A stretch of DNA of 64,000 bases from Chthonomonadaceae bacterium. Lineage in GTDB: Bacteria > Armatimonadota > Chthonomonadetes > Chthonomonadales > Chthonomonadaceae. This document shows, one piece after another, positions 35,723 through 45,299 of this stretch. The stretch is taken from positions 1-64,000 of the forward strand of contig DASRGZ010000166.1 of assembly GCA_035650735.1 (NCBI GenBank). The letters are read 5' to 3'. The position numbers were made by a program, and so were the translations under genes. The first letter of the stretch is position 1. Each line of letters begins with the position of its first letter. A model generated the notes under the pieces. That model was given only the letters and a program-made list of their open reading frames with translations, had not been told where the DNA came from and searched no databases.

Positions 35723-36571
35723 ATGGAAAACAACAGGGAAATAATGATGAGCACGCTTACCCCTACCGTAACGTTGACACAGGAACAGATTGACTTCTAT
35801 CATCGCGAGGGCTATTTGGCGATAGAGGCCCTTACCACGCAGGAAGAGGTCGCCTGGCTGCGCGGGATCTACGACCGCCTGTTTGCCGAGCGTGCTGGGC
35901 GCGAGGAGGGCAACCAGTTCGACCTGGGCGGCCCGGATGAAGAGGGGAAAGAGGCCGTCCTGCCGCAGATACTCAACCCGGCCAAGTATGCGCCCGAGCT
36001 CAAGGAGGGCCTGTACCGCGTCAACGCCCTCGCCATCGCGCAGCAGCTGCTCGGCCCGGAGTGCAAGTTCCAGGGCGAACACGCCATTTTCAAGCCGGCC
36101 CGCTATGGCGCGGAGACGCCCTGGCACCAGGACGAAGCCTACTGGAACCCGGCGATGCAGTACAACTCCATGAGCATCTGGATTCCCTTGCAGGAAGCGA
36201 CGGTGGAAAACGGGTGTATGTGGTTTGTGCCGCGCAGCCACAAGCTGGAGGTCATGCCTCATCATTGCATCAATAACGACCCGCGCATTCACGGCCTGGA
36301 GGTGGATAACGCGAATACCTCCGCCGCCGTCGCCTGCCCGCTGCCGCCCGGCGGCGCGACCATCCACCACAACCGCACCCTCCACTACACCGGGCCGAAC
36401 CGCTCCGACATCCCGCGCCGCGCCTATATCCTGGGCTTTGGGCTCCCCGCCACGCCGCGCAAGGAGCCGCGCGTCTTCTACTGGAATGACCAGAAGCAGA
36501 CTCCCCGCGAGGAGCGCGCCCGTGCTGCCCGTGAGCGCGCTGCTCAGGCGAGCGATATAGGTGTATCATAG
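35723..36571 (+). CDS. Phytanoyl-CoA dioxygenase (PhyH) family Fe/2OG enzyme
   Basis: TPWHQD, SIWIPL, ENGCM..VPRSH, H..TLH.TGPNRS..PRR. Confidence 0.93.
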   Translation: MENNREIMMSTLTPTVTLTQEQIDFYHREGYLAIEALTTQEEVAWLRGIYDRLFAERAGREEGNQFDLGGPDEEGKEAVLPQILNPAKYAPELKEGLYRVNALAIAQQLLGPECKFQGEHAIFKPARYGAETPWHQDEAYWNPAMQYNSMSIWIPLQEATVENGCMWFVPRSHKLEVMPHHCINNDPRIHGLEVDNANTSAAVACPLPPGGATIHHNRTLHYTGPNRSDIPRRAYILGFGLPATPRKEPRVFYWNDQKQTPREERARAARERAAQASDIGVS

Positions 36572-36604
36572 AGAGGAAGCCTGACTGCCGTTGGAAACGG
36601 ATAA

Positions 36605-37162
36605 ATGAAATATGTCCTGTCGCCCCATGCACAGCAGCAGATGCTTAATCGCGGGATTTTGGCCCAAGAGGTAGATGGGGTTCTCCAGCATCCTCAGCAG
36701 ATCGTCTCTGGAGAAGGAGGAAGGCGCATTTATCCATCGAGGATTACTCGCAGTAGTGGCAAAACCTTCCTGTTGCGCGTGGTAGCAGTAGATTCCGTGA
36801 CTCCTGTTATCGTCGTTAGCATCTATGTAACGACCAAGATCGCCAAATATTGGAGCCAGCCAATGAAAGTAACTTATGATCCCTTAGTGGATGCCCTGTG
36901 TATCCGCTGGAGTGAGGCCCGTATCGAAGAGAGTGACGAGCAAGAACCCGGCGTCATTATGGATTTCGACGAGAACGGTCAGCCGGTCGGCCTGGAAGTC
37001 CTGGATGCCTCAAAGCGGATTCAGAACTTGCCGCTCCAGCAGACAGAGGCTCAACGTCCCTCGGAATTTGAAGCTAGCATCCTCGCGAAGTTGACCTTGA
37101 TGCAAACGCAGATGCAGGCCATAGAAGACCGCCTTAGAGTCCCTAACACAACTTGGCTATAA
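36605..37162 (+). CDS. In-frame fusion of DUF4258-like (toxin-like) and DUF2283-like (antitoxin-like) domains
   Basis: YVLSPHAQQQMLNRGI...LLRVV...VVSIY.TTKI.KYW, then MKVTYDP.VDAL.I...ESDE..PGVIMDFDENG..VGLEVLDASK. Confidence 0.82.
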   Translation: MKYVLSPHAQQQMLNRGILAQEVDGVLQHPQQIVSGEGGRRIYPSRITRSSGKTFLLRVVAVDSVTPVIVVSIYVTTKIAKYWSQPMKVTYDPLVDALCIRWSEARIEESDEQEPGVIMDFDENGQPVGLEVLDASKRIQNLPLQQTEAQRPSEFEASILAKLTLMQTQMQAIEDRLRVPNTTWL

Positions 37163-37168
37163 GGCTCT

Positions 37169-37207
37169 CCCCTCACCCCGGCCCTCTCCCTTGCAGGGAG
37201 AGGGAGA
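37169..37207. repeat. CCCTCACCCCGGCCCTCTCCC...GGGAGAGGG repeat
   Basis: Same family as 38-158. Confidence 0.75.
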
Positions 37208-37819
37208 ACGGTTGTGTTAGACGCTCTTATATCCAATCCGGTGAATTTCTTCCCATATGCGCTGCACCTTGAGGTAGCCATACGATAAGTATTCCCTCGG
37301 ACTTGATATTAGTATGCAGCCGGATCGCAATTTAATGCAGCAGGGCGGTCAATCAGAGGCATACCCGCCTCGTTCTACCCAGGGCGGCCTACGGCGCCCC
37401 CGATGAATCCGAGCTCTCTCGTAGCAACGAATACTCGGAAATCGGTAAAGACACCAATCGTTAACAGGCTTCTCAGGTCCGGCGACAGAGGCAACAAGCA
37501 AACGCCCCTGGCGGCGCCTGCGGACTACATTTACTGATCGGAACATTGATTTCTAAAGACAACCCGTGTGCTTGAACCAAGTTCGGCACGCAAACTTTAG
37601 ATTCTAAGGCGCGGATCAGTAACAACGCCTTCTCTGTCTCCCCCCGACCTTGAGAGGCGTACAAAAGTGCCCGACTGTGAAGAAATTAACAGCAAACGTG
37701 TGAAAAATTTGACTTGAACCTGGACTGCCGACTGCCTATAATGCGGTTATGGGGAACCTACCTCGCAACCGGAAGCGCTCATAGCGCTCGGTTCGTTCTT
37801 TAATATGGGGGAGACATAG

Positions 37820-38698
37820 ATGAAGGTCACGCTGTTAGGCACCTCGAGCGCCGAGGGGTGGCCCGGCTTGTTTTGTCGGTGCGAGGCTTGCGGCAAAGCG
37901 CGCCGGCTGGGTGGAAAGAATATTCGAACACGTTCATCCGCACTCATTGATGAGGGCTTCAAAATAGATTTTCCTCCGGACACGCTCCATCACGTAATTC
38001 AATTCAATCTCGATCTGCGCTGCCTTACCTCGGTGCTTTTCACACATGCCCACGACGATCATTTCAGCCCGCCCGAGTTCCAATATATGAGCGACTATTT
38101 CGTACCGTCGCCTATTCTGGAACCGCTGCCTGTCTATGGTCCACGGGAGGTTATTCACCGCCTGGAGAGCGGCCTGGATCTCAATCGTGTGCCGATCACG
38201 CTCACAACCTTGCAGCCCTGGCAGTCGGTTCAGATCGGCAACTACCGTGTGACGCCGATCATGGCCCAGCATGACAAGGCGCTGACCTGCTTTAACTATG
38301 TCATTGAGGATAGAGAGGGAGCGTCGCTGCTCTATGCCAGCGATACCGGCTGGTACGAGGAGCCAACCTGGGAATTTCTCCAGGGCGTGCATTTGGATGG
38401 CGTGGTGGCCGAATGCGCCAAAGGGCCGGTGGAAGGCGGCTATATGGCCCATATGTGCATTCCGGAGGTCATTCAGATGCGCCAGAAGCTGATTGAATCA
38501 GGCTCGCTCCATCCCGATAGTCCGGTCGTGACGACTCATTTTTCGCACCTGGGCGGTCTGATGCATGAGGAATTGGAAGCGACTCTCAATCCGCACGGAA
38601 TCCAGGCCGGTTACGATGGCATGACCTTCCATATCCACCCGCGCCGTCAGTGCACGCCCGCGCCGGAGTTGGCCGCCTCCGCTCCGGCAGCTTCCTGA
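37820..38698 (+). CDS. Metallo-beta-lactamase-fold hydrolase, PhnP-like
   Basis: LLGTSSAEG.PGLFCRCEAC, RTRSSALID, THAHDDH, YASDTG, THFSH. Confidence 0.9.
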   Translation: MKVTLLGTSSAEGWPGLFCRCEACGKARRLGGKNIRTRSSALIDEGFKIDFPPDTLHHVIQFNLDLRCLTSVLFTHAHDDHFSPPEFQYMSDYFVPSPILEPLPVYGPREVIHRLESGLDLNRVPITLTTLQPWQSVQIGNYRVTPIMAQHDKALTCFNYVIEDREGASLLYASDTGWYEEPTWEFLQGVHLDGVVAECAKGPVEGGYMAHMCIPEVIQMRQKLIESGSLHPDSPVVTTHFSHLGGLMHEELEATLNPHGIQAGYDGMTFHIHPRRQCTPAPELAASAPAAS

Positions 38699-38723
38699 AG
38701 CGCTCCCTCAGACTGTCCCGGTT

Positions 38724-38866
38724 CCCCTCTCCTTCCGCAGGAGAGGGGAGAGGAGAGGTCTTGTTCTACCCTCATTCCCGGCCCTTTTCCCTGCTAGGGA
38801 GAAGGGGGAGCAGAAGCCAACGCTGACTCTCCCCTCTCCTTCGGAAGGAGAGGGGCCGGGGGTGAG
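38724..38866. repeat. CCCTCTCC/GGAGAGGG palindromic repeat cluster
   Basis: Between convergent genes; aligns with 38-158. Confidence 0.8.
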
Positions 38867-38898
38867 GTCTTCTAGGGTAGAGATCTTCCCGTTCCAGG

Positions 38899-39669
38899 CT
38901 ACCAGAAGTGCCACTGGCGCGTTAAAAGAACATAGATGCCGAGAGCCAGATTCGTGGTTGCGTGGGCAACGACGCAGGCAAGGAGACTGCGAGTTTGCCG
39001 CAGCAACAGGCCATAAGCGACCGCGCAGAAGATTGCGGCCAGCCATTCCGGATGGGCCAATCCGAAGGCAACGGCCACCATCGCAAACGCCGTCCTGCTA
39101 AACTCCCCGATGGGCAATGCCGCCCAGTTTTCATTGGTGAAGTAGCGCAGCAGGAACGAGCGCCAGAAGAGCTCCTCCATGACTGGCACCATGAGAACCA
39201 GGCCGAAGAATCGAAATGCAAGGAACAGCCCGCGCAGTGCCGACTCGTGGAGGGTAGCGAACGGGTCGAAGGCCGCACGCCCGCCCAGGATCGCCAGCCG
39301 CGGCGTGATCTTATCCACCAGTATCCACTCGACAAAAACCACCGCCCCCACGAGCACCGCCGGAACCAGGACGCGCGGCTCAAACCGGATATCCCTCCAG
39401 GTCGTGCGAAACGCCACCAGCGTCGCGCTGACCAAAACCACTTTCAGGATATACAGCCAGACGTAGTATTTTGGAAAATAGGCTTCCAGCCCCGCCGTCA
39501 TGATAAGGAAGACTGCAATAGGCGCGACGTAGCCAATCCAGGACGTGGAGACCGCGCCGCGCGTTTCTGTTGTCGGTTGGGCCGCTGACACCTCTCTGCA
39601 CCTCCTCCTGAGCCCGGAAAGCTTCGGCAAACCGGCCCCTTCTTTCAGAATACTCGCATTCGCCGCCAT
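38899..39669 (-). CDS. CAAX/Abi (CPBP) intramembrane protease family protein; true start probably further downstream
   Basis: VPVMEELFWRSFL, FGLAH, AHATTNL. Confidence 0.9.
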   Translation of the reverse strand: MAANASILKEGAGLPKLSGLRRRCREVSAAQPTTETRGAVSTSWIGYVAPIAVFLIMTAGLEAYFPKYYVWLYILKVVLVSATLVAFRTTWRDIRFEPRVLVPAVLVGAVVFVEWILVDKITPRLAILGGRAAFDPFATLHESALRGLFLAFRFFGLVLMVPVMEELFWRSFLLRYFTNENWAALPIGEFSRTAFAMVAVAFGLAHPEWLAAIFCAVAYGLLLRQTRSLLACVVAHATTNLALGIYVLLTRQWHFW

Positions 39670-39958
39670 TATCGGCCATTTTCCCGCAAAAATGCAGGCG
39701 CAGTGCCCTGCTCACTGGCCACTGTCCGTTGCCCACTGCCCCCATTCTCCCGCAGGAATAGAGGCACAGCCCTCCTTGTCGGAGGCAATCCAGGGCCAAC
39801 CCGCAGAAGCGTCAGAGCGCACCAGCGTTGGGGCGCGCCTGTTTCCACCTTATGGAACCATCAGCCGTCTCAGACGATCCCACCAGCACAGACCACCGTA
39901 TGCGCGCCTGCCGGGTCGTCGCGACGTTTCCGGCAGGCGTCAGGAGAGACGGAGAGCC

Positions 39959-40315
39959 ATGCCAGCGCAACAATCAGGAGATAACCTGCCCACGACCACG
40001 CAAGAGAACATTACGCAGGCCGGACTGCCTGCCCTGTCCGGGTCAGCCGAACAGATCGCGCAAGCTGAGTCCATTCGCACGCAGATATTAATGAGAGCGG
40101 ACGATCTCGTATCCGCCCTGCGCGCCGAGGAGCGACTTTTTGAGCTGCCCGCTCCGCATCCACCGCCGGCCATTGGCGAGGTGGAGGCCGCGCTGCAACG
40201 GCTGCGCAATCAAGCTGACGCTGCCTGGTGGATTGCTCACGGCCCGGACGGCGCCTACAAACTTCTGGAAGCCTCCCTCCTCCAGGTACGCGCCGAGCGG
40301 GTTGCGGGCGAATGA
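39959..40315 (+). CDS. Hypothetical protein with an LPALSGSAEQIAQAESIR...AAWWI motif
   Basis: GGAG RBS before ATG 39959; plausible helical protein. Confidence 0.65.
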   Translation: MPAQQSGDNLPTTTQENITQAGLPALSGSAEQIAQAESIRTQILMRADDLVSALRAEERLFELPAPHPPPAIGEVEAALQRLRNQADAAWWIAHGPDGAYKLLEASLLQVRAERVAGE

Positions 40316-40497
40316 ATTCGCGGCAACCAAGGCACGAAGTCGGCCTTCGCCGACTCTTTTCTCCCCTCTCCTTCGCAAGTAGAGGAGAGGAGAGAAGCTG
40401 GGTCCCTCCCTTCCCTTGTAGGGAAGGGAGCCGGGGAGGTTAGGTAAGTCGCCGTAGGGCGACTTGGTGCCGTTGTTGCAGCGGCTTTAGCCGCCCG
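40304..40497. repeat. REPIN-like element (as 23908-24018) with a CCCTCTCC repeat nested at about 40357-40445
   Basis: Arms match copy 1; the centre is occupied by the other repeat family. Confidence 0.85.
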
Positions 40498-40532
40498 GAA
40501 AGAAAACGGAAGGGCCGCCCGGCCTTCAGGCA

Positions 40533-40643
40533 GTGGCAGGAAAAGCTCGGAACGGTGTCGCATATAGCCGAGAACGTCAGACTGGCGAAAGTCAGCAGTT
40601 CCCGTGGTGGCAGGAAAAGCTCGGAACGGCGTCGCATATAGCC
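40533..40643. repeat. Two 37-bp direct repeats (1 mismatch) separated by 37 bp
   Basis: GTGGCAGGAAAAGCTCGGAACGGYGTCGCATATAGCC at 40533-40569 and 40607-40643. Confidence 0.9.
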
Positions 40644-40769
40644 CATGCTTCGGCGCAAATCAGGGAGCCTTTAATCGAACCGGCGTGGAATTGAAAGAAA
40701 CAAGAATTTCGGAGGTCCCTATGAGCGCCGCTGCCATACCCCCGCTGGAGAGCGGGAGGTTGTTGGAGG

Positions 40770-41468
40770 ATGCTCATGCCCCTATGGACTTCGGACGCGG
40801 AGTTGTTTGACCTGGCCCGGCGGGAACTGTTCACGGCGGTGGTCGGGGACGTGATGGATCGGCTGGGGCTGTTGCGCCAGTTCCTGCCGCCGCGCATCCG
40901 GCCGTTGCACGAGGATATGGTCGTCATTGGGCGCGCGATGCCCGTCCTCGTCGCCGATGTGTTCGTCGAGCGGCATGACGCCGCCGACAATCCCGTGATG
41001 GAGCGTCCCTTCGGCCTGATGTTAGAGGCGCTGGACGACCTGAAGCCTGGTGAGGTCTATCTCTGCGCTGGCGGATCGCCACGCTACGCACTCTGGGGCG
41101 AGCTGATGAGCACCCGCGCCCTGAAGCTGGGCGCAGCCGGGGCCGTCCTCGACGGCTACACACGCGATACGCGGGGCATCCTGCGCCTGGGGTTCCCTAC
41201 ATTCGCTCATGGCCGCTACGCCCAGGATCAGAGTTGGCGCGGCAAAGTGATCGACTTTCGGGTTGCCGTCGAAATTGAAGGCGTGCGGATCAGTCCCGGC
41301 GATCTCATCTTCGGGGATATAGACGGCGTCTGTGTCGTGCCGCAGACGGCCGTAGAGGAGACCTTTATGGGCGCACTGGAGAAAGTGCGCGGCGAAAAAC
41401 GGGTACAGCAGGCCCTGGAAGCGGGCATGAGCGCCTCCGAAGCATTCGCGCAATTTGGCATCCTCTAA
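40770..41468 (+). CDS. RraA / HMG-aldolase family protein
   Basis: TAVVGDVMD, GRAMPV, ALWGELM, GAVLDG.TRD, PGDLIFGDIDGV.VVP. Confidence 0.9.
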   Translation: MLMPLWTSDAELFDLARRELFTAVVGDVMDRLGLLRQFLPPRIRPLHEDMVVIGRAMPVLVADVFVERHDAADNPVMERPFGLMLEALDDLKPGEVYLCAGGSPRYALWGELMSTRALKLGAAGAVLDGYTRDTRGILRLGFPTFAHGRYAQDQSWRGKVIDFRVAVEIEGVRISPGDLIFGDIDGVCVVPQTAVEETFMGALEKVRGEKRVQQALEAGMSASEAFAQFGIL

Positions 41469-41495
41469 CCAACCAGCTCCCTTCCCTCGCGTTTT

Positions 41496-41612
41496 ACCTA
41501 ACCCCCGGCTAAGCAGCCCTCACCCCCGGCCCCTCTCCCGCAGCGTCGGGAGAGGGGACAGGGGGTGAGGGCTGCTCCCCTCTCCTTTAGAAGGAGAGGG
41601 GAAGGGGGTGAG
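41496..41612. repeat. CCCTCACCCCCGGCCCCTCTCCC...GGGAGAGGG repeat cluster
   Basis: Same family; between convergent genes. Confidence 0.8.
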
Positions 41613-41641
41613 ATCTTCCGGGAGTAGGAGCCGGAACGCTC

Positions 41642-44600
41642 CTACTTGTCGGCGGGCTGCTGCTTGGCCCCTCCCAGGAGCATCTGAAGGAGGCTCATGC
41701 CCTGGGAGGAGGACGCGCCGCCGATCACCTGGCGCGCCTCCAGAGCGCGGTTGACCTGCATCAGCGCCTCCTCAAGATGCACCCGTGTGTACTCGTCATG
41801 CGGGGCCTGCTTTGCGGAGGCCAGCTTCGTCCGCAACTGGCGCAGCTGGTCCCAGGCCAGCATCCGGGCATCCTCCGGCGCGGGGGAACCGGGGTTGACC
41901 ACCATATCAATCAGCGTATCCAGATAGACGCGCTGCAGCTGGCGGCGCAGGGAGCTGATGTCCTTGCGCGTATCCAGCTCCGACCATACCGCGCCGCCCA
42001 CCATGCGGTACAGCGTCGGCAGGGTCAGCGCCTTTGACGTTTCGCCCGCCTTGAACTCGTTGTTGACAATGCGGCTGAGAACGAGAGGGCTGAAGAGTCT
42101 TTGCAGCGCGGCACGCTGGATGCCCGCCAGCGTATCGCGGATCGGGAAGCCGGCGAGCTCATAGCCATCGAACGGATGAGTGGTCAGCTTTCCATAGTAG
42201 CTCGGCGGGAACGCGAAGGCGTTCTCCGAGAAGATATAGGTGGTCAGCAGCTCTAGCGCCTGCTTCTGCTGCGCCGCCGGTATCGAGGACAGGACCGGCT
42301 TCTCGCCGGGGTCGCCTCGATGGTTGCGGCTGATGTGCTGTCCGCCGATATAGCGGCTGGCAACGGCCGCCGAGCGGGCATACATGCCGAGCAGCCTATT
42401 AAAGTCGCGGGTGAACTCCCAATAGCTCTCGCCCTGCTTGGGCACGCGCTCGCCCAGGTGGAACAGTAGAAAACGGCTCACCTGGAGGCTGCGCGTCCAG
42501 TAGGCCAGCGGTTCGCGGCCGATGTCCCAGCGGGCCACCGCCGGGTCAAACATATCGGCGTTCTCGTCCGTCTCGTAGGCGTGCCCCGGCAGGCTGCTGC
42601 GGGAGGCGATGACATGGAGCTGGTACAGCTCGCCCTCCGGCGTCCGGGCCTCCACCGGCGTATACCCGTACTGAATGGCCCAGATGTCGTAGGGGCCGAT
42701 GGTGGGCGACCAGTAGTCCACGCCCGGATGCTTGATCGCGCCGAGGTTGAACGCGACGTAGTCCATCACCGAGGCGGACGTGCCCTCTTCCGCGATGCGC
42801 TTCTCGTCCTGAAGGTCCTCCATGCTGAGGCAGGTGCTGGCGATGAAGTTATGCCGCAAGCCCAGGACGTGCCCCATCTCATGGGAGACGACGTAGCGCA
42901 GGAACGCCTGGATATAGGCTTTCTCGTCCAGCTTAGCCTCGGCGGGCGTCAGGAATTTGAGCGCCATATCGCCAAACCAGGCCTGCTCCATCGCCTCAGC
43001 GGCCATGTCGCAGCGGCGCGGGTCTATCTTCTTCGGATCGGCTTCGGCCTCCTGGAAGTAGGACGCCGGGTCCACCACATGCTTGCGCTCCAGCTTGATA
43101 GCGCGGGGCAGGTTGGCGTCCACGGTGATATTAGCGTTGAGAATCTGGCCGGTCAGCGGATTGGCGCGGAACAGCGCCACCGCATAGCCGCCCTCCGGCG
43201 AAGTCACCCAGCGGATAGTGTTGTAGCGCATATCCGCATGGTCCCAGTCCGCATTGTCCGGCATCTGCTTGACCACGATGGCATCCTTGATGCCGACCTT
43301 CTCAAACGCCTTGTTCCAGAACAGAATGCCGTCGCGCACGGCGTCGCGGTACTCCAGCGGGATGGCGTTGTCCAGCCAGAAGACGATGGGCTTCTTGGGC
43401 GGGGAGAGCGCGGCCTTGGGGTCGGCTTTCTCCATCGGCCAGCGCAGGACGTAGCGCACGATTGGCTCGTCCTGCGAGTCGTCGCTGAAATCCATCACGT
43501 CGGTCGTGAAGTAGCCCACGCGCGGGTCGGCCAGGCGAGGCCGATATCCGTTCTCCGGCAGCGGAAAGAGGTTGAAGTAGACGTTGAGCGGGATGCTGCG
43601 CGGATCGGCCAGCGTCTCCGCGCCCAGAGAGAAACCGCCCATGCGGCCTCCGCCGCCGGTAAAGTGGTAGGCCGTCTCGACCACCATGTTATCCGGGAAG
43701 TTCTTAAGCTGGGCGAGATAGGTCTTTTCCCGATCCACCGAGTAGCCGCCTCCCCGGCCCATCATGCTGAAGATGCCGCCTCCGCCACCCAGCCGCATGC
43801 CGATCTGGGCGATATCGCTCTTGAATAGGTCGCTGATGTTGATGAGCAGACTCTTGCGCTCCGGCTGCTTGGCCTCGATTTTGAACGCCTCCAGGTAGCC
43901 ATCGGCAAAGGAGCGGCGCACGGCGCGCGCCAGTGGCGTCTTCTCCGCCGCCCGGAACGCGATGTTGGGCGTCACCATCAGAATCTGGTTGTTGCCGTTT
44001 TTGGAGAACTTAAAGACGATGTCGTTGAGCGGATCGCCCGCCACCACCGTAAACATGCTGCCGGTTCCCGTGCTAGCGGTGGCCTCTAACATCATCAGCG
44101 TATCCAGCTGATCCTCTTTGATCTCCAGGTAGATAGTCTCCCGGTCTCCCTCTTTCTTGCGGTAGAGGGTGAAGAGGCCGGGCAGCTTCTCATAGTCTTT
44201 GACGATGTCGTCAATCGTCTTCTCTTTTTTCGGCTCGGGCTTCGTCTCGGTCTTGGACTCCGACTTGGCGCCGGGCTTGGCCTCGACCCCTTTGCCGTCC
44301 AGCAGGCCGCCGCTGATGCGCTCCTCATGGACCTTGAAGCTAGCGCTCGGGCCGCCCGACTCCTCGCCAAACGTGAAGTTCTCGATCTCGTAGTCGGCGG
44401 CCACTTCATCGCCGGATGTCTTCTCCAGCCACCAGGTGCCGGTCACGCCCATCTTCGGCGCTTCCGAATCCTGATAGGTGACCTTGATTTTGACCGTCTC
44501 CACGCCGCTGAGCGTTTCAAAGCCGAGCACTTCGTAATCGGCGTGGGCCGCCTTAATCCCCAGGTCGGAGTCGGACTTGAGATCGCGGCTCCATTTGTCT

Positions 44601-45052
44601 CCCACGCCCACCGGCTTATCGGGCAGCAGGGGCGTGGTCGCGGCGAACAGATGCGCCTGGGACTTATCCTGCTCCTCCTTGCCGGAGCTGGATTTGTAGG
44701 CAACCAGGGAACCGTCCGGGCGGATCGTCATGGTTATCTTGGTCTTGTCGGAGTCCATAGAGGGGGCCCTCTGCCCGTTGAAGGTAACTTCGCTGGACTC
44801 CGTCTCCCTCTCCAGCGTGATGTTGCCGGAGGCGGCGACCTCGGCAACCGTCACTTTTTCGGTCTCTTTGATCTCGCCGGTCATCTTGTTTCCGCCGGCC
44901 TCAAAACTCATCGTGCCTTCGCTCTTATAGCGGGCTACCTGTCCGGCCTTGGCCTTGTAGGCCAGGGTAACCTTGTCCGGCGCCGCGTAGCAGACGCTGG
45001 CAAGGCACATCAATGCCAGAAAGAGAGGGACGCGGTATCCCTGTCTTGCCAT
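41642..45052 (-). CDS. Secreted zinc-dependent metalloprotease (DUF5117/DUF4953, EcxA-like) with an extra N-terminal beta domain
   Basis: Signal peptide; PRLADPRVGYF, KPIVFWLD, HEMGHVLGLRHNF zinc motif, SVMDY Met-turn, GPYD.WAI.YGY. Confidence 0.93.
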   Translation of the reverse strand: MARQGYRVPLFLALMCLASVCYAAPDKVTLAYKAKAGQVARYKSEGTMSFEAGGNKMTGEIKETEKVTVAEVAASGNITLERETESSEVTFNGQRAPSMDSDKTKITMTIRPDGSLVAYKSSSGKEEQDKSQAHLFAATTPLLPDKPVGVGDKWSRDLKSDSDLGIKAAHADYEVLGFETLSGVETVKIKVTYQDSEAPKMGVTGTWWLEKTSGDEVAADYEIENFTFGEESGGPSASFKVHEERISGGLLDGKGVEAKPGAKSESKTETKPEPKKEKTIDDIVKDYEKLPGLFTLYRKKEGDRETIYLEIKEDQLDTLMMLEATASTGTGSMFTVVAGDPLNDIVFKFSKNGNNQILMVTPNIAFRAAEKTPLARAVRRSFADGYLEAFKIEAKQPERKSLLINISDLFKSDIAQIGMRLGGGGGIFSMMGRGGGYSVDREKTYLAQLKNFPDNMVVETAYHFTGGGGRMGGFSLGAETLADPRSIPLNVYFNLFPLPENGYRPRLADPRVGYFTTDVMDFSDDSQDEPIVRYVLRWPMEKADPKAALSPPKKPIVFWLDNAIPLEYRDAVRDGILFWNKAFEKVGIKDAIVVKQMPDNADWDHADMRYNTIRWVTSPEGGYAVALFRANPLTGQILNANITVDANLPRAIKLERKHVVDPASYFQEAEADPKKIDPRRCDMAAEAMEQAWFGDMALKFLTPAEAKLDEKAYIQAFLRYVVSHEMGHVLGLRHNFIASTCLSMEDLQDEKRIAEEGTSASVMDYVAFNLGAIKHPGVDYWSPTIGPYDIWAIQYGYTPVEARTPEGELYQLHVIASRSSLPGHAYETDENADMFDPAVARWDIGREPLAYWTRSLQVSRFLLFHLGERVPKQGESYWEFTRDFNRLLGMYARSAAVASRYIGGQHISRNHRGDPGEKPVLSSIPAAQQKQALELLTTYIFSENAFAFPPSYYGKLTTHPFDGYELAGFPIRDTLAGIQRAALQRLFSPLVLSRIVNNEFKAGETSKALTLPTLYRMVGGAVWSELDTRKDISSLRRQLQRVYLDTLIDMVVNPGSPAPEDARMLAWDQLRQLRTKLASAKQAPHDEYTRVHLEEALMQVNRALEARQVIGGASSSQGMSLLQMLLGGAKQQPADK

Positions 45053-45299
45053 ACTGGTCCTCCTTTAGAACCCCTTACATGCCCTTCAGACAGCTCAGCC
45101 TCCGGGTTCCATGCCGGTATTATTCCATACTCGCCGGCCAAAATCCTGCTGCGGATCTATAATGGCTTCTAATACAAAAAGCCGTAAAAGGCGCGTAAAC
45201 GCAGCATACGGGAATAGCAATGGCATAGCCTTCACGCGTGGCTGCCTTTCGAAGCTCCATCTTAAATCGGAGTTGGGGCTGCCTATAGAACAGATTGGG

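Noticed and set aside
37555..37640. Resemblance to a c-di-GMP-I riboswitch (GGCACGCAAA...CTAAGG)
   Set aside because: No GNRA tetraloop or receptor and no closing P1/P3 pairing that I could find.
38899..39669. CAAX protease as the processing enzyme for the 76-aa peptide
   Set aside because: 12 kb away with unrelated genes in between; no sequence evidence of linkage.
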